61,356 nucleotides of DNA, taken from Chloroflexota bacterium (lineage in GTDB: Bacteria > Chloroflexota > Chloroflexia > QHBQ01). The position numbers were made by a program, and so were the translations under genes. Shown here in pieces: positions 26,781 to 36,544 of the stretch. The notes under the pieces were generated by a model. That model worked only from the letters and a program-made list of their open reading frames with translations, did not search any database and was not told the DNA's origin. The stretch's first letter is position 1; each line of letters starts with the position of its first letter. The stretch is from assembly GCA_043754535.1 (NCBI GenBank), contig JAYUUN010000010.1, forward strand, positions 1-61,356, written 5' to 3'.

Positions 26781-27467
26781 TTAGTATCCGTCCTGGCGGG
26801 CGCGTTCGGTGCGCTCCTCTGGGGTGGGGTCGAGCAGGCGGCTGGTGCCACCAACGTTGATGCCGATGCCGCCCTTCGCCACCAGGTCGTCGGTGCCGAA
26901 CTTGCGCGAGAGGATCACCGCCCCCACCACCGCCACTAGCAGAATCAGGCTGGCTACCTCGAAGGGGTAGAGGAAGTCACCGTACAGCACGCGACCAATC
27001 ACTTCGACGTTGCCACCGCGATACTTCGCTACCTCGCTGGGCGAATAGCTACCCTTGACCGCGACGTTCGCCACCTGCTCACTGACCTTGCTGGTCAGGA
27101 TGATCGCCACCAATTCTGCGGTCAGTAGCAGGCCGAGCGGCCAGGCCGCCACCGCCTGAAAGCCGTGTAGGTCGCGCAGCTGCGGCCCCTCGCTCAGTTG
27201 CAGCAGCATGATCACGAACAAGAACAGCACCATGATCGCCCCAGTGTAGACCAGCACTTGGAGGGCGGCCAGGAACTCTGCGCCCAACATGATGTAGATC
27301 GCCCCGAACTGGAAGAAGGCAACTACCAGGAACAACGCGCTGTAGATTGCGTTGCGCTGGATGATCATCATCAGCGACGAACCCACCGCTATCCCCCCCA
27401 GCAGCAGGAAGACCACCTCTTGGAAGCCAATCACTACGCCGAAGATTTCTAGACCAAATACGTTCAT
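26781..27467 (-). CDS. nuoJ: NADH-quinone oxidoreductase subunit J
   Basis: AEFLAALQVLVYTGAIMVLFLFVIML, PFEVASLILLVA; start may be GTG 27473. Confidence 0.93.
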   Translation of the reverse strand: MNVFGLEIFGVVIGFQEVVFLLLGGIAVGSSLMMIIQRNAIYSALFLVVAFFQFGAIYIMLGAEFLAALQVLVYTGAIMVLFLFVIMLLQLSEGPQLRDLHGFQAVAAWPLGLLLTAELVAIILTSKVSEQVANVAVKGSYSPSEVAKYRGGNVEVIGRVLYGDFLYPFEVASLILLVAVVGAVILSRKFGTDDLVAKGGIGINVGGTSRLLDPTPEERTERARQDGY

Positions 27468-27557
27468 ACTCACCCTCACCCCTCCCCTGAAGTGGGAAGC
27501 TAACGATTGCCCCTGCCCTGTCCTGCCCCTCAAGGTAGGTCGGGGAGGGGTGTGTGC

Positions 27558-28334
27558 CTACCAGCGTTCGGCCACGCGCCTTTTGCGGCGGGGTACGCGG
27601 TTGCCGTTCTCGTCGAACTCGTAACCTTCGTCCGCCACTGGGTCGGGGGCAGCCGGGGCGGGTAGCTGGTTGGTAGCCCGCAGCGTCGGGTACTCATAGG
27701 TCACCTGGGCAGGCTCGGTGATGTCGCCATTCTTCAGAGCCTTGTTGTACTGCTTGGTGCCAGGGATTGGCAGCAGGGGGATGTGGCGCATCATACCACT
27801 CGGCTGCAACTCGCGCAACTGCTCCTGGTACATCTGGCCCGCCCGCAGCAGCTTGTCCTTGCCCCAGACCAGGTCGGCCCGACTTTCGGTACTCATCTCA
27901 TAGACGTGGCTCATGGTTAGAGCCTCTACTGGGCAGGCTTCGACGCACAGGCCACAGAACAAGCAGCGACTCTCGTTGATGTCGTAGAAGAAGCGGAACT
28001 TCTTGCCATTCGCCTCGGCCTTCTCTGGGTCTTGGAAGGGCAGATAATAATGCTCGAAGGGGTGCCACTCGTCGCTGTGGTCGGTCGCCTCACCCTCGCT
28101 ATCATCCTCGACCACGCCCATCGTGATACACTTGATTGGGCAGATTTGGGCGCAGAGGCCGCAGCCTACGCACTTCTCGTCGCCCGTCTTAGGATGCGGC
28201 AGGAAGCCAACTGCCCCCCGGAAGCGCGGCGCATAGTCACGGATAGTAAAGGGATATTGCACCGTAATCGGCTTCTTGAAGAAAGTCCGCAGGGTAGTGA
28301 ACAACCCCTGCCCTTGCTGAAGGATGTTTGCCAT
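27558..28334 (-). CDS. nuoI: NADH-quinone oxidoreductase subunit I
   Basis: Two CxxCxxCxxxCP motifs; TVQYP..RFRG. Confidence 0.93.
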   Translation of the reverse strand: MANILQQGQGLFTTLRTFFKKPITVQYPFTIRDYAPRFRGAVGFLPHPKTGDEKCVGCGLCAQICPIKCITMGVVEDDSEGEATDHSDEWHPFEHYYLPFQDPEKAEANGKKFRFFYDINESRCLFCGLCVEACPVEALTMSHVYEMSTESRADLVWGKDKLLRAGQMYQEQLRELQPSGMMRHIPLLPIPGTKQYNKALKNGDITEPAQVTYEYPTLRATNQLPAPAAPDPVADEGYEFDENGNRVPRRKRRVAERW

Positions 28335-28445
28335 TTGGTCTCCTCAGACTACTGTGCTGCTTTAAGCTGACTCTGGCTAGTAGCCAGCGGATTGGCCCCT
28401 GAATGCTGCACTGGGCCAAGCTGCTGGCTACCTTCTACTCTGCAA

Positions 28446-29768
28446 CTAGCGTCCGTCGCCCACGCCGCTGCCCAGGCGGATGGTGCGGTCGCCTGCCATC
28501 GCCGCCACGCCCGCCGGGACGAGGCGCGGCGTATCCTGGGCCAGGCTGACCTTCTTCGAGCGACCAAAGAAGCTGATGCTGGCACTGCGCGACAAATAAG
28601 TGACGAAGATGCCGAACCAGACCGCCTGGACACCGACCATCACCGCCAGGCCAACCCAGTTGCGGCTACCGTCGGCAGCGGTCAGGCCGTCGCCACCGAG
28701 CAGGCTGGTCAGCAGTTGCTTGGTGAAGCTAGTAATCAGGATGTTGAGCAAAATCACTGGCAGGAGCACCTTCCAGCAGAGGCCCATCAGTTGGTCATAG
28801 CGGAAGCGGGGTAGGGTCGAGCGTATCCAGAAGTAGAAGAAGATAACCGCGAATATCTTGCCCACCATCCAAATCGGGCCATCAAGGAAGCCCAGTGGCC
28901 CAGCCCAGCCGCCGAAGAACATCGAGGCGGTGATCACACCAATAGTCAGCATATTGATGTACTCAGCTAGGAAGAACAGGCCGAAGTGCATCGAACTATA
29001 CTCCACGTGATAGCCCGCCACCAGTTCGCTCTCACCCTCGGCCAGGTCGAACGGATTGCGGTTGGTTTCAGCAATGCCAGAGGTCAGGTAGGTGATGAAG
29101 GCGACCGGTTGGAGCAGGATGAACCACAGGTGGCTATCCTGCCAGAGGATGATCCCTTGCAGGCTCATCGTACCCGCCATCAGCAGACAGCCGATCAGCG
29201 AGATGCCCATCGTGATTTCGTAGCTGATCACCTGGGCCGAGGAGCGCAGGCCGCCCAGCAGTGCGTACTTGTTGTTGCTAGACCAGCCGCCCATGATGAT
29301 GCCATACACGCCGAACGAACTGAGGGCTAGCAGCAGCAGCACTGCAATGTTCACGTCGGCGATGAAGGGGTTGAAGGTGCGGTCGCTGAAGGGTAGCGGC
29401 GTGTTGGGGCGGCCAAAGGGGGCAACTGCGAAGGCGGTTACTGCAGTGAAGAAGCTGATCACCGGGGCGATCCAGAACACATACTTGTCGGCGCGGGCTG
29501 GGATCACTGTCTCCTTGATCAGCAGCTTCAGCGCATCGGCTGCCGGTTGCAGCAGCCCCGCCGGGCCAGTGCGGGTTGGGCCAAAGCGGTTCTGCATTCG
29601 GCCCATCACCTTACGCTCAAAGTAGGTTTCGTAGGCCATAGTGGTCAGCACGCCAAGCAGGATGATGGCGAGGACAACAACTTTGACGATCCACCAGAGG
29701 AGATCGAATGGTTCCAGTGCGGTCGGCTGGTTTGCGGCGGCCTGGGCCAATATGTGAATCGGGAGCAT
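28446..29768 (-). CDS. nuoH: NADH-quinone oxidoreductase subunit H
   Basis: ERKVMGRMQNRFGP, AETNRNPFDLAEGESELVAGYHVEYS, PRFRYDQLM. Confidence 0.96.
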   Translation of the reverse strand: MLPIHILAQAAANQPTALEPFDLLWWIVKVVVLAIILLGVLTTMAYETYFERKVMGRMQNRFGPTRTGPAGLLQPAADALKLLIKETVIPARADKYVFWIAPVISFFTAVTAFAVAPFGRPNTPLPFSDRTFNPFIADVNIAVLLLLALSSFGVYGIIMGGWSSNNKYALLGGLRSSAQVISYEITMGISLIGCLLMAGTMSLQGIILWQDSHLWFILLQPVAFITYLTSGIAETNRNPFDLAEGESELVAGYHVEYSSMHFGLFFLAEYINMLTIGVITASMFFGGWAGPLGFLDGPIWMVGKIFAVIFFYFWIRSTLPRFRYDQLMGLCWKVLLPVILLNILITSFTKQLLTSLLGGDGLTAADGSRNWVGLAVMVGVQAVWFGIFVTYLSRSASISFFGRSKKVSLAQDTPRLVPAGVAAMAGDRTIRLGSGVGDGR

Positions 29769-29793
29769 CGTTGTTACTCCTTGCTAGGGTTGC

Positions 29794-29819
29794 TTGTTAT
29801 TTCTGTCACATTATACCAC
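29794..29819 (-). promoter_or_regulatory. Internal extended -10 promoter with Rex-like box upstream of nuoH
   Basis: Minus-strand GTGGTATAAT; TTGTTATTTCTGTCACAT at 29794-29811. Confidence 0.5.
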
Positions 29820-29850
29820 GTTTGCTGCCTGCGCTGCGCCGTTTTGCGGC

Positions 29851-32800
29851 CTACCTTGCCCGTGCCGCGCTGCTGCTACCCACGCCAGTGCCAGCCTTGC
29901 CCACAACCTGGGTGCTGGTACCCTTCGCTGCCGCTTCGCCTTCCGTATCACGCTGGATGCGGGCAACCAGCACTTGCAGGTCAGGGATGATCTCGTTGTC
30001 GGGGTGGCTGTAGCCATCGGGCGAAACCATCACCCCAGCTAGCGTCTGGTCAGCGCGGCGGGTTACCAGGAACGCCTGACCCACTGGCACGTCCTCGGTG
30101 ACGATCAGCTTGCTGCGCGCCTCCCCAACAGAGGTGAACAGCTTGATTGGCGTGCCGCTTTTCATCTCCATCGCCCGCGCATCCTGCGGGTTGACCCGCA
30201 CGCCGTCCTCTGGGGCGACGATACCAAGCATTCGGCTGTAGCGGGCCAGCGTCCCCATGTTGTAGTAGTAGCCAGCCCGTGCGCCAGTCAGGGTCAGGGG
30301 GAAGTCGGCGGTGGGCTGCTGGGCTGTCGGCTGGTAAGCAGTGTAGGTGAAGCGTGGGTTAGCCTTGAAGCCCTCGCTGTAGAGGATTTCGGTTCCCTTG
30401 CTGGCCTTGTCTGCCACCGGCCACTGGTAGCCCTGCACCTTCAGTTGCTTGTAGCTGACTGCACCAGGCATGGGGATCACCTGGTCGATATAGCGTGCGC
30501 TCTCCAACCGCTGGTAGCTGATCCCCGCGTAGATCGGCATCACGCTGGCTAGTTCGCTGAAGATGTAGCCAGGGTTCTTGTACTTGCCCTCAACCCCCAG
30601 GCGGGCTGCCAGTTCGACCAGGATTGCCCAGTCGGGGCGGGCCATGCCGCGTGGCTCTACCGCCAGGTAGACACGGTTGACGCGCCGCTCGGCACTGGTG
30701 GTCGTGCCATCCTTCTCGGCGAAGCTGGCAGCAGGCAACACCGCATCGGCCATCTCCGCCGTCTCGGTCATGAACAAGTCCTGCACAACCAGGAACTCCA
30801 GGTTGTCGAGGGCGCGGCGCACCCGCTCTGGCTCTGGGTCGGACAGCACCGGGTTCTCGCCCATCACGTACATGGCCTTGACCACGCCCTCCGCCGCCCC
30901 CTTGTACATCTCGCTAATCGTGCGGCCCTGCTCGCTGGGTAGCGCGGCCAGGCCCCAGGCTGCGGCCAGTTTTTGGCGGGCGGCAGGGTCGCTCACACTC
31001 TGGTAGCCAGGGAGGTAGTTGGGCAGGCAGCCGACATCGCTCGCCCCCTGCTTGTTGTTCTGGCCGACGAAGGGGTTGAGGCCACCGCCTGCCTTGCCAA
31101 CATTGCCAGTCAGCAGGGCAAGGTTCGCCAAGGCCTGCACCATCGCCACCTCGTCGCCACCGGGGGCAATTACCCCTGGCATATAGACGATGCTACTAGC
31201 CTTATAGTCAGGATGCGGGATAGTAGACTGGGCCTGTACCTCGGCTGCGCTCATGTTGGCTGGGCCAGCGTTCTCTGGTGGGGTCGCGCTGGTGTTGCTG
31301 CTATCGTGCTGGTTCATCGCCGGGGTATTCAGCCCCTCGCTCTGGCTATTGCTGCTGGCTGGCTTGCCCACCCCCGGTGCGGGATTGACCTCCTGCTGCT
31401 GCTCGGTCTTGCCGCCAGAGGCGTAGAGGCGGGCCGCCCGCTGGATGTCTGCCGCTGGCACGCCAGTAATCGTGGCGGCCTGCTCTACGCTGGTCGCGCT
31501 CAGACCCGCCAGCAGTGCATCGTATCCATCTACCTTACCGTCAATCTTAGCCCTATCCTGCAAGCGTTCGGCGACGATCACCCCAGCCATTGCGTTGAGC
31601 AAAGCCAGTTCGGTACCAGGCTTTGGCGCGAGCCAGATCGCCGCCCACTCCACCAGCCGCGTTCGCAGCGGGTTGATCACGATCAGCTTCTGCCCTGTCA
31701 GGCGCACCATCTTCTGCAAGTTGTAGGCGAAGACGGGGTGCGTCTCGTATAGGTTGGAGTTGAAGTCGAGGATGCAGCCAGAGTGGTCGTAGATGTCGAG
31801 CATCGAGTTGGTCATCGCCGGGTAGCCAAACAGGTCAGCCAGGGCTTGCATACTGCTGGTTGCGCCAAGCCGTGCGTCGTGGTCAACATTGTTGCTGTTC
31901 AAGCCAACCCGCATGATCTTCTGAAAGAGGTAGTTCTCCTCATTCGTGGTGTGCGTGCTGGCAATACCCGCCACCTGGTCGCCACTGTATCGCTTCAAGT
32001 TGTTGGCTACGAAGTCGAGGGCAACATCCCAGCCGACTTCTTGCAGCCGCCCGTCCCGCTTGATCATTGGGCTGGTGATCCGCCCCTTGTTGTTGACGAA
32101 GTCGAGACCGTAGCGGCCACTGACGCACAGCACGCCGTCGTTCACGCCCATTGCGTCTGCGCTACTAACCTGCACGATGCGGTTGCGGTTGCTCTCAATA
32201 TACTCGGTGCAACCGACGCTGCACATACCGCAAGTGGTGCGCTGTGGGGTAAGCTCCCAGTGGTGTGAGGCCACCTGGTAAGTGTGGCTGGACAGCGCAC
32301 CGACCGGGCAAACCTCTACGCAAGAGCCGCAGGAGGTACAGGCGGTATCCAGCAAGCTCTTGCCAAAGGGGGTGTCAATGCTGCTATCAATGCCTCGTTC
32401 GCTGAAGGCTAGTGCGTCAGCCCCAATCACCTCGTCGCACACCCGCACGCAGCGGCCACAGAGTACGCAGCGGTCGCGGTCGATGTCCACAAAGGGGGAG
32501 AGGCGTTCGAGCGGGTGGATGATCTTGGGTCGGTCTAGCGCACCAATTTTGGTTACTTCAAACTCGTAGCAGTAATCCTGCAAGTCGCAGCGGCCAGAGG
32601 CTTCGCAGATCGGGCAGTCCACTGGGTGGTCGATATCCAGGGCTTGCAGCACCCGCCGTCGCTCGGCACGGATGCGCTCGGAGTTGGTCAGCACGACTGC
32701 GCCCTCGGCGGCGGGGGTGCCGCAGGAGATCACAATGTCGAAGCCGCGCTTGCCCTGCAACTCAACCACGCAGAGGCGACAGGCACCGTAGGCGCGCAGG

Positions 32801-32919
32801 CCAGGCAAGTAGCAGAAGTTGGCGATCATGATGCCCGCCTTGCGTGCAGCATCAATCAGGTAAGTACCCTGCGGCACCGTCACCTTTGCGCCGTCAATCG
32901 TCAGTGTCACGTCAGCCAT
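29851..32919 (-). CDS. nuoG: NADH-quinone oxidoreductase subunit G (formate dehydrogenase alpha-like)
   Basis: N-terminal 2Fe-2S cysteines, HPVDCPIC, CVLCGRCVRVC, CTSCGSCVEVCP, CGMCSVGC; molybdopterin-fold C-terminus; operon position. Confidence 0.85.
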   Translation of the reverse strand: MADVTLTIDGAKVTVPQGTYLIDAARKAGIMIANFCYLPGLRAYGACRLCVVELQGKRGFDIVISCGTPAAEGAVVLTNSERIRAERRRVLQALDIDHPVDCPICEASGRCDLQDYCYEFEVTKIGALDRPKIIHPLERLSPFVDIDRDRCVLCGRCVRVCDEVIGADALAFSERGIDSSIDTPFGKSLLDTACTSCGSCVEVCPVGALSSHTYQVASHHWELTPQRTTCGMCSVGCTEYIESNRNRIVQVSSADAMGVNDGVLCVSGRYGLDFVNNKGRITSPMIKRDGRLQEVGWDVALDFVANNLKRYSGDQVAGIASTHTTNEENYLFQKIMRVGLNSNNVDHDARLGATSSMQALADLFGYPAMTNSMLDIYDHSGCILDFNSNLYETHPVFAYNLQKMVRLTGQKLIVINPLRTRLVEWAAIWLAPKPGTELALLNAMAGVIVAERLQDRAKIDGKVDGYDALLAGLSATSVEQAATITGVPAADIQRAARLYASGGKTEQQQEVNPAPGVGKPASSNSQSEGLNTPAMNQHDSSNTSATPPENAGPANMSAAEVQAQSTIPHPDYKASSIVYMPGVIAPGGDEVAMVQALANLALLTGNVGKAGGGLNPFVGQNNKQGASDVGCLPNYLPGYQSVSDPAARQKLAAAWGLAALPSEQGRTISEMYKGAAEGVVKAMYVMGENPVLSDPEPERVRRALDNLEFLVVQDLFMTETAEMADAVLPAASFAEKDGTTTSAERRVNRVYLAVEPRGMARPDWAILVELAARLGVEGKYKNPGYIFSELASVMPIYAGISYQRLESARYIDQVIPMPGAVSYKQLKVQGYQWPVADKASKGTEILYSEGFKANPRFTYTAYQPTAQQPTADFPLTLTGARAGYYYNMGTLARYSRMLGIVAPEDGVRVNPQDARAMEMKSGTPIKLFTSVGEARSKLIVTEDVPVGQAFLVTRRADQTLAGVMVSPDGYSHPDNEIIPDLQVLVARIQRDTEGEAAAKGTSTQVVGKAGTGVGSSSAARAR

Positions 32920-33029
32920 TGTTTGATCTTCCTCCGCTTGCCTGTGTATTTCCCCACGCCGGGGTACCGCGCCAAATTGGTTCGTTCAATGATCTCCATT
33001 GTAACATCTTCTGCCGCTGCCCGTCAGCC

Positions 33030-33440
33030 TTAGAGAGCAGCCAGAGCCGCCTGGGCGATCTCGTCGTTCTGCTCTGCGCTAGCCCCGCTAACCCCAATCG
33101 CCCCATCAGGCTTGCCGCCCAAGATGATCTGGAAGGTGCCGCCGGGGTTGGGTGGCGGCCCCATCGCGTCAGTGATCACCCGCTCCAGCATCATCATCGT
33201 CTGCGCCCGCGTTGGTGCGCCACCGCCGTAGAGTGTCAGGCGCATATCGCCTTCAGGGGCGGCACTGAGAGCCTTCGCCGCCGCGTAAACCATCTCGTTC
33301 GGCCCCAGCCCATCCATGCGGACGGCAGCAACAGGGTGGCCCGCTGCGTCGTAGACAGCAACAGCAACCTCTACGCCAAGCTGCTCGGCCTTGTTCTCAG
33401 CAGCAGCAACCATCCGTTGTGCAGCAGCCAGATTGATCAT
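33030..33440 (-). CDS. GlcG/HbpS-family (DUF336) putative heme-binding protein
   Basis: VAVAVYDAAGH..RMDG, AKA, GAIGVSG..EQNDEIAQA. Confidence 0.8.
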   Translation of the reverse strand: MINLAAAQRMVAAAENKAEQLGVEVAVAVYDAAGHPVAAVRMDGLGPNEMVYAAAKALSAAPEGDMRLTLYGGGAPTRAQTMMMLERVITDAMGPPPNPGGTFQIILGGKPDGAIGVSGASAEQNDEIAQAALAAL

Positions 33441-33532
33441 CGCCCACCTTCCCGCTGACCGCCCAACCTACCCTGCCAGCCGATCCAGCTTACGCCCCTC
33501 GCCCAGGACAGGGAGAGGGGCGTGAGTGCTTC

Positions 33533-35428
33533 TTACTTTGCCACTGCCAGTTGTGGCATGGGGGCTTCCTTTAGTAGGTTGTTCTGCTGGCCGCGCTGTG
33601 GCAGACCAAGCTCCTTGCGCTCCTGCTCCAACGCCACCAGTGCTTCGCAGCGACCGTAGCGGCACTGCTTCTCGCGGATGTGTTCTAGCAGATCGGGCAT
33701 GAAGTTCTGCAACAGGCTCAGGGTGGGCAGCGGGGCTGCCTGCCCCAGGCCGCAGAGCGACATAGTCACCACGTGGTCACTCCACTCCTTGAGGGCGGGT
33801 ACGTCGTCCTCGCGGCCCAGACCAGTGCAGATGCGGTCGAACATATCGAGCAGGCTTTTGGTGCCGATGCGACAGGGTACGCACTTGCCGCACGATTCGT
33901 AGCGGTTGAAGCGCATGAAGTAGCGGGCGAAGTCCACGGGGCAGGCTGTGTCGTTCAACACCACGAAGCCGCCGCTGCCCAGCACGCCACCAACCGCGCC
34001 CATATCCTCTGGGCCGTTGTCGAAGGTCATCTTCAGATGCAGATGCTCGTCCAGCATCATGCCGCCAGAGGTGCCGCCAGTCTGGATGAAGCGGAACTTG
34101 CGCTCGCCATTCTCGTCACCTACCACGCCGCCCCCGATCTTGTAGACCAGGTCGTGCATTGTGGTGCCGAGCGGTACCTCAGACACGCCAATGGTGCGCG
34201 TGTGGCCCATCAGGCTGACCAGCTTGGTGCCAGGTGACTTCTGGGTGCCGAGACCGAGGAACCAATCGGCTCCCTTGTTGACGATCCAGGGGACGTTGGT
34301 CATCGTTTCCACGTTGTTGACGCAGGTCGGCTTGCCCCACAGCCCCGACTCGACCGAGCGCGGCGGCTTGGTGCGCGGGAAGGCGCGCTGACCCTCGATA
34401 CCCGTCTGCAAAGCGTCGGCCAGGCCGCTGATGTAGGCACCACCCCCCATGTAGACCTGTACGTTGAGGTCGTAGCCGCTGCCGAGGATGTTCTCACCGA
34501 TCAGGCCCAGTTGCTTGGCCTGCTCGACTGCGTGTTCCATAGTGCGGATCGCCATCGGGTACTCGTCGCCGATATAGATGTAGGCAATGTGGCTGCCGAC
34601 TGCCCACGACTCGATGATCAGCCCCTCGATCAGCAAGTGGGGATCGCTCTCCATCAAGCGGCGATCCTTGAAGACGTTCGGCTCACCCTCGTGGGCGTTG
34701 CAGATCACGTACTTCGGGCTGCCCTTCGCCTTGCGCGCCCCCTCCCACTTGATGCCCGCGTTGAAGCCCGCCCCACCCCGCCCGCGGATGTTCGCCTTCT
34801 TGATTTCCTCAATCAACTGATCTGGCTGCCAATCGAACAGCACCTTGATCAAGGCCGCATAACCGCCCCGCCCCACATAGTCGTAGATGTCACGGGGGTT
34901 GATGTAGCCGAAGTTCCGCATCAGGATGCGCTGTTGCAGGCCGTAGAAGTCCAACTCCTTTGCAGGCTTGACCCCCGACACGTTATAGCCCTGCGCCCCA
35001 TCAAACTCCTCCAGGCCATAGGCGCAGAGGGCCATCTCTGGCACTATCTGCTCACGCTTGACCCCAGCTACCAGGTCGGCCACGCGGTCGGGGTAGATTT
35101 CGGCATAGCTGATGCGGATGCCACGGGGGTAGACCACATCTACCACCGGTTCTACCCAGTGGGTGCCGATGCTGCTAGTTACCCGCACATCAGCGTTCAG
35201 CCCCTGCTTCTTGCACTCGTCCAGCAAGGTGGCATAAACCCGCCACGCGCCGTGGGCTGTGCTACTGCTGCTGATGCCGACCAGGAAGGTAGGCCGTTGC
35301 ACATGGGCGTAGTCTCGATCCCAGCGGGCGGTCTCGCCCTGGGCCAGTTGCTCGAAGGTAGCACGGTTGCTGATCGGCAGCACCTTGCGCTCGGCCCCGG
35401 TCTTCATGTCAATGCTGTTCAGGCTCAT
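33533..35428 (-). CDS. nuoF: NADH-quinone oxidoreductase subunit F (long, HydB/HoxF-like)
   Basis: IRGRGGAGF, YVICNAHEGEP, ESCGKCVPCRIG, SLCGLG. Confidence 0.9.
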   Translation of the reverse strand: MSLNSIDMKTGAERKVLPISNRATFEQLAQGETARWDRDYAHVQRPTFLVGISSSSTAHGAWRVYATLLDECKKQGLNADVRVTSSIGTHWVEPVVDVVYPRGIRISYAEIYPDRVADLVAGVKREQIVPEMALCAYGLEEFDGAQGYNVSGVKPAKELDFYGLQQRILMRNFGYINPRDIYDYVGRGGYAALIKVLFDWQPDQLIEEIKKANIRGRGGAGFNAGIKWEGARKAKGSPKYVICNAHEGEPNVFKDRRLMESDPHLLIEGLIIESWAVGSHIAYIYIGDEYPMAIRTMEHAVEQAKQLGLIGENILGSGYDLNVQVYMGGGAYISGLADALQTGIEGQRAFPRTKPPRSVESGLWGKPTCVNNVETMTNVPWIVNKGADWFLGLGTQKSPGTKLVSLMGHTRTIGVSEVPLGTTMHDLVYKIGGGVVGDENGERKFRFIQTGGTSGGMMLDEHLHLKMTFDNGPEDMGAVGGVLGSGGFVVLNDTACPVDFARYFMRFNRYESCGKCVPCRIGTKSLLDMFDRICTGLGREDDVPALKEWSDHVVTMSLCGLGQAAPLPTLSLLQNFMPDLLEHIREKQCRYGRCEALVALEQERKELGLPQRGQQNNLLKEAPMPQLAVAK

Positions 35429-35870
35429 GGTCGTTCTCCTTCGGTTTGCTTGCTATGGTCGCCAATAACACATCGAGTCTTTGCTCAGTTACTTCGTCTG
35501 CATACATGAGGCCAGTTTCGTTCAAAGCCATGCCAAGCTCATCATATCGGGCGTACTTTGTAACTTTGCCCATCTCAACCTTGAACAGTGAAGCTACGTC
35601 AGACTCACCAATCACTTCTCTCGTCTCAGGCGAACGCCATATGCCGTGCTGTGCTACTACAACCGTCTCGTCACGGGCAAAGATGCGCTGTGTTTCCAGG
35701 TTCAGCCTGGTGCCTGCTAGCCACTCGCGCAGCACTTGATGACCGTAGCCGCTACCGCGTGGCCCCCTAACCTCAACATCCATTGCGGAGAACTCAAGCA
35801 CGCGATCAACATCCTGCCCGCTGACCGCATCCTGCCATGCCAGCACAACTGCTACGCTATCAAGCTCCAT
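35409..35870 (-). CDS. SnoaL/NTF2-like protein
   Basis: AWQDAVSGQDVDRV..DVEVRGPRGSGYGHQVLREW pattern; lower GC than neighbours. Confidence 0.65.
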   Translation of the reverse strand: MELDSVAVVLAWQDAVSGQDVDRVLEFSAMDVEVRGPRGSGYGHQVLREWLAGTRLNLETQRIFARDETVVVAQHGIWRSPETREVIGESDVASLFKVEMGKVTKYARYDELGMALNETGLMYADEVTEQRLDVLLATIASKPKENDHEPEQH

Positions 35871-35898
35871 CTTGCACCTGCTTCACTGCTCCTAATTA

Positions 35899-36504
35899 CT
35901 AGCGGCCACCCTCACCGACGCGGGTGTGGCCGTCGTCGGGGCCACCTGCGGTGTTGGCGGGGATCGCATCGCCACCGGTCTGGTTCTGAGCGTAGGTGCG
36001 GGTGTTGAGGTCGTCCAACAGTTGGTTCAGCTTCTCCGGGGTCACGTGGCCGTAGCTCTCCCCATCGATCTCGACCAGCGGTGACCACTCGCACGCCCCC
36101 ATGCAGGTGCTGAATGGCTGGAAGGTGATCTGCTTGTCGTAAGTCGTCTCGCCCGCGCCAATGCCCAACCGCTCGGAGATGATCCGCCGCAGCTTCGTGG
36201 TGCCGACCGTGTAGCAGCCAGAGCCTTCGCAGAGGAAAATCTTGTGCGTGCCGGGCTTGCGGAACTTGTAGATGCTATAGAAGGTCAACGAGCTGTAAAT
36301 CTGCATGGGGGTCAGCCCCAGTTCGTGGGCCACCTGGTAGCAGGCCGACTCGTTGATATAGCCAAACTCCTCCAGCAGCTCCTGGAAGACCGGCATCAAC
36401 GCCTCCTCTGGGCTGACGTTGCGGTGCTTGTTGCAGGTTTCGGTGACAAACACCGGGTCAATATCGCGGGCTACCGAGTGGTGCATCTGCTCAACTTCGC
36501 TCAT
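35899..36504 (-). CDS. nuoE: NADH-quinone oxidoreductase subunit E
   Basis: TFYS, CEGSGC...CMGAC 2Fe-2S ligands. Confidence 0.9.
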   Translation of the reverse strand: MSEVEQMHHSVARDIDPVFVTETCNKHRNVSPEEALMPVFQELLEEFGYINESACYQVAHELGLTPMQIYSSLTFYSIYKFRKPGTHKIFLCEGSGCYTVGTTKLRRIISERLGIGAGETTYDKQITFQPFSTCMGACEWSPLVEIDGESYGHVTPEKLNQLLDDLNTRTYAQNQTGGDAIPANTAGGPDDGHTRVGEGGR

Positions 36505-36544
36505 CTTACGCTCCTACTTCCCCTTGTGCGGGAGGTCAGGTGGT

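Noticed and set aside
31200..31410. Insertion in NuoG as a possible intein
   Set aside because: It is short and low-complexity, with no intein terminal motifs.
31850..31900. Possible selenocysteine TGA in the Fdh-like NuoG
   Set aside because: The codon at that position is GGC (Gly); there is no in-frame TGA.
18635..35509. Long plus-strand ORFs antisense to nuo genes (e.g. 18635-19738, 34511-35509)
   Set aside because: Typical shadow ORFs of high-GC coding strands with no protein motifs.
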